From NCBI GenBank assembly GCA_012295275.1, contig CM022673.1:3968001-4032000 (forward strand): a DNA stretch of 64,000 nt, given 5' to 3'. This document shows, in pieces, positions 15,230 to 28,545 of this stretch. The translations under genes were made by a program, and so were the position numbers. Within the stretch, counting starts at the first letter, position 1; each line of letters begins with the position of its first letter. The DNA comes from Chrysomallon squamiferum (lineage: Eukaryota; Animalia; Mollusca). The notes below the pieces were generated by a model. The model was given only the letters and a program-made list of their open reading frames with translations, had not been told where the DNA came from and searched no databases.

Positions 15230-18200
15230 AGCAACAACAGTGAAATAATGAAATCAAATGAAATCAAATCAAATCAAACTAGATCTAACCAAGTCTTTTA
15301 CTGAAATATTTTCATCATATTAACTGAAATCGACTTCCCCTCGGGAGCCTCACAGAACCATGATCAATAATGGCAAGTGTTTACAAACACTGCCAGCCAC
15401 TAGAGGTGAAATCTCTTTAACAAACAGTGCAACACTAGAAGGAACCTAGATCAATGAGTTAGTATCTGAAACCAGGTTACAACTTTTAGTCAACCCATAA
15501 ACAAGTCCATTAAATTTACCTGGGGAAAAAAAAAAAAAAAAAAATATTGGTATAGTTTGATAGTAACTCAGGAAATGAGATCAAATTTAAGCTGAAGTTA
15601 CAACAAATCTTGAGATGTATCTAAAAGGATTTAAAATAAAAAATAAATAAAAAAAAATAAAGTAATAAATAATTAATGACATATATATCAGATCTTGCTC
15701 ACATGGAAAAAGCCTTCATTATCTTAATAACAAAATAAATACAATTCAAATTTTTTCATTATTACAAATATTTATTTTATTTTATTATTATTATTTTTTT
15801 AATTTCTATATTTTTTCATTGTTTTATTTATTTTGTATTTATATTCGAAAGTAATTAAAATCTGAGTATTCTTAGACCTGTGTATTGTTCCAACCACAGT
15901 CAAACAGAAGGTTTATTACATTCTGTGTTTTTGCATGTAGAATGCAGCAAGATTTACATAAAAGATTCCCTGCTGCTCGGTGGTAAGAATAACTCATGGA
16001 ATAACAGCAGATGGTTTCCACGCTTATGTCAATAATAATAATAATATTATTAATAATAATAAATAAAAATTCAAAAAATAATTTAAAAACAAAACCACAG
16101 GTCCAACAGGTGTTAAAAATGTGTATATTAATTCAGTCACCTTTTTAACACTTCAAATAAACAGATGCTGAGCAAGCTGAAATGTTTATAGAAATGCATC
16201 CATTCAAAAATAAGTAGCTTTGGCCAGACATAGCTCTGTCAGATTCTGATTTGGATTCTTTCTGTAACTTAGGTTTTTATAATGTAGAAAATATTTTTGA
16301 GAAGTGTCAAATTTGTATCTTTCATTGTGATTTAAACAAAATTAATATCCAATTTATGTAAAAGGACAAATTTTTTTTATAAATGTTATACAGCACATTT
16401 GGGTTTATTTTTGTTTTATTAAAAGCACTTCAGATTTAATCCATTTGTGGAGGCCATTCAGACTCTGAATTATTTGAAGTCCAAATCAATTTTCCCTATT
16501 ACAAAAAAAAATTAAAAGTTAATTTTTAATCAGTTTTCAAACCAACAATATCCATTTATGTAAACTTAAAATACCTCAATTTCCTTTTTAAAAAAGGAAA
16601 TTTCACTTCTGTTTAATTAGATCCAACTAATTTAATCAGTTAGGTAAAAACTGAACTTAACCAAAGATGGCACTTTCCGATGTTGGTAACAGAACATTTT
16701 CAAAACCGTTAAGTACCTGTAGATGACAGATATATTAGGCTTGACAAAGCAGCAGTAAAGCAATGATCTATAAGCAGTAAATGTATAGTATGACACAAAT
16801 ATTTCTCTGACATTTTTTGTTGTTTTTTCAAAAACATTTTTTTTTTTTTTTTTTTTGGTCATACAATAAAATACAGTCAATAAGAATTACCACCAGTAAG
16901 GACATAATTTAATTTTGTTGATTTTTTTTATTTTATTTAATGCTTCCAATAAGGTCTCAAGGGTGGGTTGAGGAAAAATCCTGATTCTGGTCAGGAAATG
17001 TTTACACAAATACTATCTCCTGGATATTCCTACTATCAGCAAGGATAAGCTACATACACCATCTACAAAGAAAGCTCATACAATGCGGGGTTATGGACTG
17101 GAATTTAAAAAGTAATTGAGTGGGTGCAGGACAGAGACTGGGTTCTTGCTGCCATTAACAGTATGGATTTATATGACTAATCTGTCTTCAAGATATAAAT
17201 CTGTGAAGAGAGATCTCTGACAAAGCGAGGCATGACTCAACGTTAACTTCATTATCAGTGTTAATTGATTATTTTCTCTATTTCTTCCAGTGTCAGACTT
17301 AACAAACAATGTGCTCGCCCCAATGCACAGTTCATTAATTAAGTAAACTACTACAGCCAAAAAATTTTTTTTTTAATGTAGAATACTGTTGCAAGACAAA
17401 TCCTTTTTCAACTACATATCATAAAAAATAAATAATAATATAAAACTGAAATGTTTCAGTAACGAGTTAAAAAGACACACCCAAGACACTAACCTTAGCA
17501 AGTGACTCATATCATTGTCCATAGTCTTAAAAGCTAGTTCATTATTAAATCTATATTATTTATAAACACATTCTAACTATATTTCAAGCTGATTAATAAT
17601 ACCATGACTGATAATACCAAACAACTGAATAGCTCAGTGTTTAAAGCTGCATTTGCAGTAGGCCACACTCAAGGCCCAATGACCTCCAACACAAAATGAA
17701 GAATTCAAAGAGCAAAGGACAAATCTGTGAATTGTGACTGCAACTTAAGCAGGTGTCCAGTAAACAATGAAATCATTCAAAAGAGATTAGTATTTTCCAG
17801 TTCAACAACAGAAAATGGAATGGAATTGTCCTAAACCCAGTAACTAATAATCTTTGTTTTAAAAATAATTTTTCTACATTATTATAAAAATAAAGTGAGG
17901 GTCAAAACATTTTTTTTTTTTTAAATAAAGGGTTAGTTCAATTACAAATCTGTGGCAAGTATTTATTAAATTGAAAAAATATTAAGATTAAACCTTTGAA
18001 CTTCACCTCAGATGAAAAAAACAGCTGTTGTGGGAAATTTTACAACGAATAGTTGAATCATTTCATTCACCAGGGTAGCTATTCTGCCACCACTTTAAAA
18101 CATTAATATAAGTTTACTTTATTAATAAATTTCATCAACAATAATCCAATGAACTTTGTCCTTGACCTTTTGTTTAAAACTAAAACAGATTTCCTAACAG

Positions 18201-20441
18201 CAGAAGAAAATTCTTACACATAATCAGTATACATAGGCAGATAAATACTGAATCTTTGTTTCATTTGAATGATAAAAATACAAGGATTTAATTTGAAATA
18301 TGCACCTTCTTCAATCTACATAGAAAATTAAAAAATATATATTTAAGGAATATATAAATTAATCGTAGCTTTGTGACATCAACACATTAAATATTAATAA
18401 ATATTAGACGACTAAAATCTGATATTTATAATGATGAATTTCTGATGATATGAGAGGAAAACCTTTGATACTCATGAACCATTATTATGAATTAGTAGCA
18501 AAGGATTTTTTTTTTATATGTGCCTACTCATGGACACAAAAATATGAAACAGTGTTGGGTAAACCAAAGTTGGGAACAGATTTCGATTATTAATCACATC
18601 AGCATATGTATTAAATTAGTGATATAGCAAATGGGAAATATGTGTATATGTGTCTGTACAATTTTTTCAAGTGGCTATCTCAAATTAGGCATGCATTGTT
18701 TCAGTTTCCATGACGCCATTTCAAGTAAGGGTGTCTAGGTATGTCTCTCACAGTAAGTTATTGTTTGTTTCAGTTTACTCTCATTTCCACTACAATTACT
18801 TATTATTGTGTCTAAAAGAAATACAACTCGCTAGTTTAAAGCGTATACCAAGCAATTATTTTAAATGATTTGATAAAAAACAACACCCTGCTTTAATTGT
18901 GAATTAACTTGTATCTATTAAATAGTTTCTTTCTTTATTTTTTATCATTTATTTTAAATTTTAAGTAAAAATAATTAACCTTTATCCAGAAATCCAGAAG
19001 ACACCTGATTCCAAACTTGCTGATAAACAGTTTGCACAGTCTATTTCAAAACATTATACCAGTTGAGGATTCCTTATCCGAAGTTTGAAATCCAAAAAGC
19101 TCCAAAATCTGTAACTTTTTCGGAGCAGCAGAATTAATATCTTACAGTTTTCCAATTTTTTGGCATGAACAAACAGTATTTTATGCACAACATTATTAAA
19201 AATATTGTTTAAAAAATCCTGCAAACTATCTGTGTATGAAAAAAAAATATTAGACATAGATTCTATTCTCATGGTATCTCCATATATTCCAAAATCCGAA
19301 ACACTTCCAGTCCCAAACATTTCAAATAAAGGATTCTCAACCTCTAATTTGACTTATAATGTTCAAACATTCTGGTCAAACATCTACTGCCTTTCATACC
19401 ATGGGTATATTACATGAAGTATAAATAGGTCTCTATATAAATAAAATAGACATTTAGTAAACACCCATTTCTCTTTCCAAAACATTTCCCACAAATTCAT
19501 TTTAAAATTCTATCAATAATGATTGAAGAAATTTCTTTTTTAAAATATAAATTTCACACATGGTACACGTATTTTCAGTATTATCCTGTATACACTGAAA
19601 TTACATAATGACAATTAAAACTGACCATACTAAACAACCATCCATTTTTTTCATTTTATCCCAGATGTATGAATTTTTTTTTTCCGTCAGTCTTCAGCAA
19701 CTACATGATGCACATCATTTTGTAAACTATTCATCTATTTGTAAATTTTTCAGTATCATTTTGGTTGAGTGGTTGATAGATATATTATCTGTGGAAAACT
19801 ACTTTCTTAACTTTTTTCCATTTTATTTCTGCTGTCTTAACTGAAGACATTTTAGTTAGAAATTATGGTCTCTTATTAAGCAAGGAAAAAATGCATAATA
19901 TAATCATTAAAAATGTTATATGTATAACAGTAGATCTGACATTTAAATATCACTCTCAAACCATTTTAAAACAGTTCTATTTTAAAGTTCTGATTTTTAT
20001 TTCATATGCTTATCTTTTAAATTTAACTGCATCAGGTTTGCATGAAAACAGATTAATGCAGTTATAACAGTTGTATTCGGGATCTGTCTTGGTTCAGAGT
20101 CATTTAAGTCACTTTTCTCATTCATCTTAAACTGAAAAACTGAAGAAAGAGATGTGTACTTTTATTCACTAAATGGCGGATTAGCCAAGACAAAATGACA
20201 GCTGCCGAGTTTCCATTAACTAACCTTTTAAACTTGGAGATGCAGGACTTTTTCTTTCAGGCGAAAGCCGACTGTCAGGTGATTTTCTTGGCCATCTTTT
20301 ATGACAGCCTTGTGTCGGTGATGCACTGCTAGTATTTCTGGACGGGTTCAGCGAAAAGGGAAGAACAGCTTTTATGGGTCCTTGCTTTGTTGACGCCGGG
20401 GAGACATTTCTTCGAACACGTTGATGTGCTTGTCCTGACAT
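5980..20441 (-). CDS. GLCCI1: FAM117/GLCCI1-family protein (glucocorticoid-induced transcript 1-like), 8 coding exons, ~422 aa
   Basis: Exons (minus strand): 20441-20225, 11414-11272, 10843-10748, 10139-9927, 9121-9056, 7293-7059, 6755-6629, 6151-5980 (TGA). All introns GT-AG, phases consistent, 1269 nt. FAM117 motifs: GPIKAVLPF, ASSLDTLYLAGQWPKD, STQTP, HTRSASFG, RNSVEGLNTEIEKL, EIPDGHRAPVP, VDTQTPS, FVREPPDGCERV, FKPSQNSAFCP. Invertebrate co-ortholog of GLCCI1/FAM117A/B. Confidence 0.92.
6820..6855. repeat. (GT)n microsatellite
   Basis: Perfect dinucleotide run. Confidence 0.9.
7315..7775. repeat. AT-rich intronic minisatellite (~24-32 nt units, AAAGTATAAATAAATGAATGAATAATT-like)
   Basis: Degenerate tandem units directly visible in the intron next to coding exon 6. 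Confidence 0.8.
9370..9925. repeat. Degenerate ~21-23 nt tandem repeat (TTAATACATGCAGTATTCAAGT-like) abutting the exon 4 donor
   Basis: Repeated units visible; the last units resemble the exon/intron junction. Confidence 0.75.
14876..14993. repeat. 58-nt tandem duplication (2 copies)
   Basis: TTCCATTTGACRTTTTACATTAAAATTAAAATAATAACTGCAGTAACTCTGAA occurs twice. Confidence 0.85.
19059..19344. mobile_element. Non-autonomous pogo/Tigger-like (MER46/Tigger4-like) MITE
   Basis: Imperfect TIRs CCAGTTGAGGATTCCTTATCCGAA / TTCAAATAAAGGATTCTCAACCTC, flanked by TA at both ends. A related copy lies at 32463-32756. Confidence 0.7.
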
Positions 20442-20599
20442 TTCTTTGCTCAAACAAGCAAATATTGTTTGACAAGTGTTAAATAGCCTCTCCTCGACTT
20501 GGTCCAGTGAGACCTCCACGAAAATGTGGGGATACCAATGATAAACTTATGAACTTGCTCTCTTCTGCAATATCTATCTTCGACAACCCTCACACTTAA

Positions 20600-20870
20600 C
20601 AAAAAATTCCGCACAACGAACATCACGTGATGCAATTGAGGCTATTTTATTGGTTGATCTTAGAACCATTCTCTTGGCTTGAACGGATCGTTTCTACCGT
20701 TATAATTACAATAATTCCTTGATTAATACGATACTATCATTAACAGTTAAATAAACATATTTAAAGACATGTAGCCATCATAGTTAATAATTATGACTTC
20801 ATTCAGTATACGTTGTTTTATCAAAATATCGTTAGGAATTAGAGTGACGTCCCTTGAAGCACTTGACAAC
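20600..20870 (-). promoter_or_regulatory. Putative promoter of the FAM117/GLCCI1-like gene
   Basis: CpG-enriched patch upstream of the first coding exon, with E-box CACGTG (~20624), ATTGG/CCAAT (~20650) and CRE-like TGACGTC (~20846). Confidence 0.4.
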
Positions 20871-21553
20871 TGGTGTAAACAATCGAATGACAGTTGTCTT
20901 TATATAACATTTTCGGTTCATTAGGCATAATACTCTATTTTTATTTATGGCGTGGCACTACAAGGCCATAATACTACGACAGAAAGTTACTGTTATGAAA
21001 ATATTTAGGGGTTCTTTGTGGTGAATATTTGGCAATAACATACTTTCATTAATAAGCTCTATCGACATTATCGTGACAATTTAATTTTTAACTTTTAATA
21101 ATTTAACTTTACAGACTTTTATAGAAAGCAAATATATATTTTTGGCTAAAAGGAAATGTGTATTCTGAAATTTACTGTTGTTTGATGTAATACAATTATT
21201 ATATTATATTAAAATTGGATTTAAATATCTGTTTATCAGCGGTCGAGTCCTTGACGACAGTATCAGGGAGTAATCGTTGTGTATTATGGAAACAAAGAAT
21301 CACGATGAAAGTCACAACAACAAATGCTAATTTTAAACAGTCGCTCCCTGTTTTATCCCAAAACAAATTTACACTTGAGCAATAACTTTAATGTTTATAT
21401 TTTAAAATATTTTAATGGAATATAATAATAATAATAATAATAATAACAACAACAAAAATAATAATAAATATAATAATAAATAAAAAGAGGAATAAGGAAC
21501 AAAATGTAAGTGAAAAGAACATATTTAAATTTTGTTTAAATAATTTAATGGAA

Positions 21554-21605
<52 letters not shown>

Positions 21606-24065
21606 GGCCCAATAAAAATCATCTTTTAGTTTTGATGAATGTAGAGTCTCAAATGTAATATACATTTACTTTTGGTTGTTTGTTTTATTCTATTTTTTAA
21701 TAATAATTTTTATTTTATTATTTTTCATTAATACTATTTCTTTGTTTCTCCCTAATGTTGATAGGAAATCATTTTGATTAACCAGATTTTAAAGATTTTA
21801 TATTAAATGTGAGCTTAATTATAGACTTAAAAATAAATATGATAGATTTTTTAAACTAAATGTCGAATATCTCTGGTAAAAAATTATCTGCGATAAAACA
21901 ATACATATCATGTACTATGAATAATAATTAATCATCAAGAGATTTTTTTTTTTTTTTTTTTTTAAAGCAGTTTTATTTAAGTAGTTTAAATATATGAAAC
22001 ATTTTATTTCAAACTTTTATTCATTGTTGAATACATTTTTTATCTAGAAGAATATATAAAATAAATGTGCATATTTTCTTTTGTAATTAATATTTCATCC
22101 TTTTTATTATTATTATTTTAAATTATTGTTTTTTATTATTATTTTTGTTGTTGTTGTTGTTGTTGTTGTAGTGAATTCTGGTGCATTTATGACCATATCC
22201 AAAATGCCAATTTTGACAAACAAACATTGAAAACATCTTAACTCTTTAAAAAACCAAAATGTTGAATTAAATTATGTTACAAAATAGATTTTCTCAAGAG
22301 ATCATTTATAACCACATTTCATTAAAACTTCATTCTTTGGTTTAGTCTACTGACTGTAAAATCATTTGACCAGTTACCTGAGATCACCGACCAAAGAATT
22401 TTATCACTTTTCAAAATTTTATTTCTGTTGCAAAAGTCTGAATACAGGTCACTTTTAATTTTATAGATTAATTATAGTAGATTAGTGTAGATAACTAGAT
22501 ATTTAATAATCCAGTCTGATGTGCCTGTCATTATATGCTAAATACTTATTATGAAATTCAGAATAACCTTCATTCTTTCTCTATCTACATTAATTTATAT
22601 AAAATGGCAACAATGTCACAACAGTTCTGGTGGCCATCTACTAGTATGTTTAATCTTACGGCAGAAAAAACATCTTGTTTATATTTTTTTCTTTTTCTTC
22701 ATCCCCTTCCTATTCTTCTTCTTATTATTACTGTGATGTTAATGCTTTATTTTGCAACTGACAGTTACAAATTAAAATTACTCCGAAAGTACAGACATAG
22801 CCAACTTTATGTAATTTTTTAACACAGGGTTTGTAATTGGGAATCACATTTATATTATACACGATAGATAAAAAAAAAAAAAAAAAAAAAAAAAATTTAA
22901 AAAGTAACATTAACGTAAGAGGAGGAATGTGAAAAATAATGTTTTCCAGGTTTCTTATGAAGAGCAGGTTCTATAGTTTGTGACAATCTTGGCAGAGGGT
23001 CAAAAATTATCTGCTGGTTTTATATGTAATATTGTGAATTTTTGCATGTAAAGTTACAAACTGAGTTGTTCAACCTTAATTTTAATGACAGCAGCTTGGT
23101 TATTAAATCTGTACTCCTTGATCGGGCTGTATAAAAGATCCATTCATGCCAACAGGTTAGTAACTCACTGAATTTATATTAGAGAGTCTCCACATGTTAA
23201 ACCTTAATAACCAATGATATTAAGATCATTTATTCATTTTAACTATACTTATATAATTGTTATGTAGACCCTTGTTCTCATACTTTTTGGATGGGTGCAA
23301 TAATAAACAAAGGGAAAGTCATGATTAGCTTACTTATATTTTTACTTCAACAATCATAAATAAATAAATAAATAATGTACAAGATACAAACAGTATTTTT
23401 GAAAGTTAAATTCATAAATAAATAGGAGTATATTTATGACTAACAAATACTTTGATAAATTCACTGGTAATAGTTTCTTGTAGTGATATAAACAAATTGC
23501 CTAATTTCATGTTTACTTCTAAATGTTTGTTTTGTTTGTTACTTGGTACCAACCATTACTTTGAAACTCAAACATGACAATAAAATGTATGTGGAGGCTG
23601 CCATATTCTTTTACTTCATGACATCACTTCTTATACTGATATGTAAAAATAAACCACCTCACCCTCTATTCCAAACCTAAAAATCCCTGATATATGACAG
23701 AGTGGATAAATCTGCCAATGGTTAATTTATATTTGCTTGTTTATCAAAGGTGTTACATCTATCTGTATTTTTTAATACTGGTACAAAAGAAGTAATTTCA
23801 TGAAGTAAGGAAAAATTGAAAAACCATGTTTTTTTTTCTATACAAAACTATTAATGAAGGTTGGCACTGAGTAAAAACATTTAGAAATATACAAGATACA
23901 TTTACATATTTGCTCATATCACCACAGGATATTTGTCTTTGATAATAACTTAGACAAACAGAAGCAGAAACGAAACTTTGGGTTTATCAGCATTTCAACA
24001 ATAATGTCATATAACTTTTGGTCCGTCGAGTCTTAAAATCGCATGTGAAAAAGCCACAGAAATCA

Positions 24066-25214
24066 TTATAATTGAATTAAATCTACTTCATTCAAAGAAA
24101 TGTCAGTCTGGGTTTCATCACAACTGTTGGCAGAACATTCCTGCAGATATGATCTTTCCAGGCTGAAATCGTAGTTATATTTTGACCACACAAATGTTCT
24201 AGGAAGGTTATCTTCACTGCACAGTTTTGACTGGCTAATTTCACTCTGTAGAGCAAGGACTGGAGCCAAACTGAAGGCAATTCCTGATATTGGCTGGAGA
24301 CTGCTGTTACAAGTTTCAGGGGCAGACACAGGGGATTCAGATACTGACATGCCCCTTTCTATTGCAGTTCTGTATGTTGGCAGTTCTTGATCAGACTGGG
24401 AAACCTGTGAATAAATATTTTTTAAATTATTTTTGGAAAAATAACAATATTTGTTATTGTACATAACTGAATTTAAAAAGCTGTTCTATATATCAACAGT
24501 TATTAATTTTTGCGCCATTATTTTCATTAGTGAATAAGTGTAATTTATTAAATCTTTAAATTTTACATTTATGTCTATAAATGTCTATTGAGGTTGATAT
24601 GTACTAATAATAAGATAATGATAGGCATAAAAGGATATAAACAATATTTTATTGTACTAGCACAAGAAAATTATTTGAGAAGAAACGAATAAAATAATGA
24701 TTAGAAAACAAACAATATGTATCAGATGATTTATATTAGTATGTTCATTTAACTAAAATCTTGAATTTATATCTTTTTGAGACAGTACAACCACATATGC
24801 TATTAAATGAGAAATATGGAAACATATAAAACATTAGGCTATTTATTCACATCAACACACGTAACACTTTAAGATCAAACTGTAAGTAAGTAATCCTTGT
24901 GGGTATACAAAGGTATTTAGGCAATTTATTTTGAATCAGCAGAGGTAAGACTTTATCATACATTCAGAACACACCTGTGAATATGCAGGTGGTGCATCAA
25001 CACCACGCTGTGAATTAAAAGTACTTGTTTTCACAGTCGATCGATCACTTTTTGTTTCACCTACAATTAAAAAGCCATCTTCTTCATGTTCCTTTGGACC
25101 AAATAGTTGAGGTTCAGTCATATCTGCTATACTAAATTGAGTTACATTGTTTTTAATTAATGCATTTTTTATAAATCCTTTCAGTGATGAATATACCCTT
25201 TCCACATCACTCAT
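24066..25214 (-). CDS. UMAD1: UBAP1-MVB12-associated (UMA) domain-containing protein 1-like, 2 coding exons, ~192 aa
   Basis: Exons 25214-24975 and 24404-24066 (TAA), joined by a phase-0 GT-AG intron. EEDGFLIVGET, ISGIAFSLAP and YNYDFSLERSYL match the UMAD1 motifs (EADGFVLLG / VPFTLAP / YDFTLENSVL). Acceptor at 25236-25237 and a probable non-coding first exon near 25846-25900. Confidence 0.85.
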
Positions 25215-25849
25215 TTTTGAAATAATTAACCAGTTCTGAAAAACAAAATAACAACAATAATTTATAACTGAAATAGTGAAAAAGGCTTTCATACCCAACT
25301 GGGATACTATAAAAAACACTGTCAAATATTCAGAGGAGGGGCTCCATTTTTGAGAAAGATAAATTTTCAAGATGAAATTACTACGATTATAAAGACAAAT
25401 GTGATTCTCTCAGATTCTCATTTAAAAGTTAAGCCCTAAATTTAAAATATGATATAAGTTCTAATAACTATTTTTAAGATAATACTAAAATTATTAAATA
25501 AATAATTTAAAAATTTGTGATCTCAGATTTATGTTAATATAAGTATTACTTCTATCATATACAAATACGATTAAGAAGATTCAAATGCAGTATAATAAAG
25601 TAAATATAATTAATAATGAGTGTATTATAATCATAATTAAATAAGACAATCATAATAACAGTGATAATCATAATCGTGATGCATCATGATTATCATTATC
25701 TGATTATGATTATTTGTTAATTGTATTATTTCTATTAATGCCTGTAATAACTTATATAGATAAAACAAATTAACAATAACAATATAATACAATAATACGT
25801 ACGTCTGGGCTAAGGACAAACATTTAGTATCAGTTTGGTCATTACCAGC

Positions 25850-26289
25850 TGACTTTTACGTTTTAATTATATTTTATGTTGTAAACAACAGCAAATACCA
25901 ACAACGACATAAACTCTTAAGTCAACCATCAATGTCAAGGCCTTAATGAATTAATCATTTTTAGGAAACACGATTTAGATCACGTGATTCAGATTTTATG
26001 TATTATGGAATAATGACATTTTTTTAATATATAATAATCTTTCAAGTATATGGTAAATTTGTACGAACGTATGTTTCCATGAACTTCCTTAGACATATTT
26101 GTTTCATTTTTCTTGTGAACTTAAAACGTGCAAATATTAAGCGTGTTGTTTTGTATGGTGCTTCAAAACTGAAGTAAGGATGTTCATCACCAACAAAACG
26201 ACTGGTATCGTTTAAAGCAAGCGGGAAATATCAGTGTTTTGTCGTACCGCCAATTTTTTTATTTTGTTTTGTATTTTAAAACCTTTATA
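25850..26289. promoter_or_regulatory. Bidirectional promoter between UMAD1 and RPA3
   Basis: Head-to-head genes with start codons ~1.1 kb apart. CACGTG at 25981; E2F-type GCGGGAAA at 26221, consistent with a replication gene. Confidence 0.55.
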
Positions 26290-28339
26290 ATGAATCAAAA
26301 CTTCTCCAAACCCAGAATAAACACTTCCATGCTTCCACAGTACCAAAGTCAACAAGTATGCTTGCTTGGAATGGCTAGTAATGTAAGTTTACAGTGACTG
26401 AGAATGCTAAGTAACAGCTTTCCTGGTTTCCAATACCCTGTTTAATGTTTTTTTAACGTTTAATTTAATTTTTCTTTATCTGTAATTTCAAATTTATTTG
26501 ATTTAAAATTAAATATCCAAATATGAAAACAATAATAATAATAATAATAAATGTCTGAAAAACAACTTTTCGATCAGTAAGTATAATTTTAAATTAATCT
26601 ATCTACAATCTATTATCTAGTATCTAAATTTTCATAGTTGAAGTTCGAATCAATGAATCATTGAATGTATTGATTACTTAATAAAAAGAGAAGAGATGAA
26701 ATTTATTTATTTTTGTTTTTATATTTTTTTGTTATTATTACTTTAGTAATGACTATTTATATTTATACTGAAAATTAATTAACAAACCCAAATTAAAAAC
26801 GTATGATGTGTAAAATTGTCTAAAAAATATACATATTAAATGATTATTTTCTCATTATCATGATTATAAAACATTAAAAGGTAGATACTTCAAAAGGGGA
26901 ATTTAGTAAATTCTGAGTCTAAGGGAATAAAAACTAGAAATAGTCAAATGTATCATTTACTGTGTTACATGTATTATCAGTATCTCTTCAGTTTTAACAT
27001 GGAGACCTTCATTTTTTTTTAATAAATGTCACATTTAAACAATTAAAATTTTAATTTTAATATCCATAAATTATAAGAAAATGTTCAAAATCAGTAAATG
27101 TTGATTAAAATAATCATAATAATAATAATGAACAAAAATCATGCGTACCAAAGTTCTTTTTCTCATTTTCCTTACACCTCTGATTCTGCACAAAGCAATC
27201 TTATGTAGAACTCTACTGGTTATAATATAATTACTGTAGTGTCAGAAGTGAGAGCACCCAATAGTGATCATTACTTTTGGATATTTGGGCTCAAACTTGA
27301 AACTTTAGTCTATATGCTTTCAATAAAGGTTATGGAATACTATGGTAAACATCATACTTAAAATATAAAATTATTACAGATAATATTAAGAAATATTTGA
27401 TATTGCAAAGCATTAATTTATAAATCTCGGTTTTTATTTTTCAGGTGGATTCAAATGGCATGAGTTTTAAACTGACTACTGGTGATGGAAAAGAAAGTTT
27501 AATAAAAATGCAAGAACCTGTATGTGTTATATATTAATGTTAAAGCTTTATTCTTATTTATTCTGATAATTAATTAGGTGTTTCATTTTTTTTATTTTTT
27601 TAATAACTTTTTTTTTTCACTGTTTTATTGTTTTTGTGCTTCATATTTTTTTGTCTATGGTATATTAACACAAACAGACACACTCAAGCACACACATAAT
27701 TCTAATCATTCCAGCTGATGTGCCATCTTTAGTTTTGAACTGAAACATTGGTAATTTGGTTTTACACTTTCAGCTCAGTGAATATGTTTCTGGTCTGACT
27801 GAGGTTCATGGACGAGTAGAAAATAACAAGACTGTTGCCTGTGAACACTACATTTTGTTTCCAGAAGAAACATCAAATTCGTTTGGTTTGTAGCTTTATC
27901 TGTTTATACATATAAATTATAAAGTAATAGACTAGCAGTAGTAAAATTGTTATGTATAGAATAGACTGGGTTTTATCATATTTTTTTTTTTTTTTTTTTG
28001 TAAATTAATATGAAATTATCTGCAATTTTATATAAATTTAAATCTATCAAATATGTATGTACACACCCAAGCACATATACATATAAAATATATTTTATGT
28101 TTAAAATGAGCAGGTTTCTTGGGTTTTGGGGGGTCTTTCTTTCTTTCTTTCTATAATTGCTGGTCTTTTCATTTGGTTCTCTCCATTCTTCTTGAAGTAT
28201 TACTTACTAAATAATTGATTGTTGAGTTCCTCCTCTGAAATTCTAATTTTTTTCTTTTACAGATATGAAACTTTATAATGACGCAGTGACACTGATAGCA
28301 AAGTTTCCAGAACATTACATTCAAGGAGTGCAAGAATGA
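26290..28339 (+). CDS. RPA3: Replication protein A 14 kDa subunit, 4 exons, 118 aa
   Basis: Exons 26290-26382, 27445-27519, 27774-27885, 28263-28339 (TGA); GT-AG, 357 nt. The protein MNQNFSKPRINTSMLPQYQSQQVCLLG...FKLTTGDGK...EPLSEYVSGLTEVHGRV...FDMKLYNDAVTLIAKFP matches the RPA14 OB fold. Confidence 0.95.
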
Positions 28340-28354
28340 TCATGGCACTAGATA

Positions 28355-28545
28355 ATTATCAATAAATTTAGCTGGACATGTGTTTAACTCTACAATCAGT
28401 TGATAAAATGTAACAATGAAAACTTCTGCAACTTTAGCTTGACATACATTTAACCTCTGCAGTCAGTTGATAAATCTTAACAATGAAAACATCTGCAAAT
28501 TTAGTTGGACATGTTTCTTCCTTGTCACAGAGTTGATAAATCATG
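28355..28545 (+). repeat. ~65-76 nt imperfect tandem repeat (~3 copies) in the RPA3 3' UTR
   Basis: AGTTGATAAA...AACAATGAAAAC.TCTGCAA.TTTAG units recur. Confidence 0.6.

Noticed and set aside
15290-15520. Strong minus-strand acceptor (T-run CCCCAG) in FAM117 intron 1
   Set aside because: In-frame stop after ~24 codons, no homology, no clear donor; cannot be supported without RNA data.
17650-17840. NCDCNLSRCPVNNE peptide reminiscent of a Penelope-like element linker
   Set aside because: Too short, with no flanking RT or GIY-YIG sequence recognisable.
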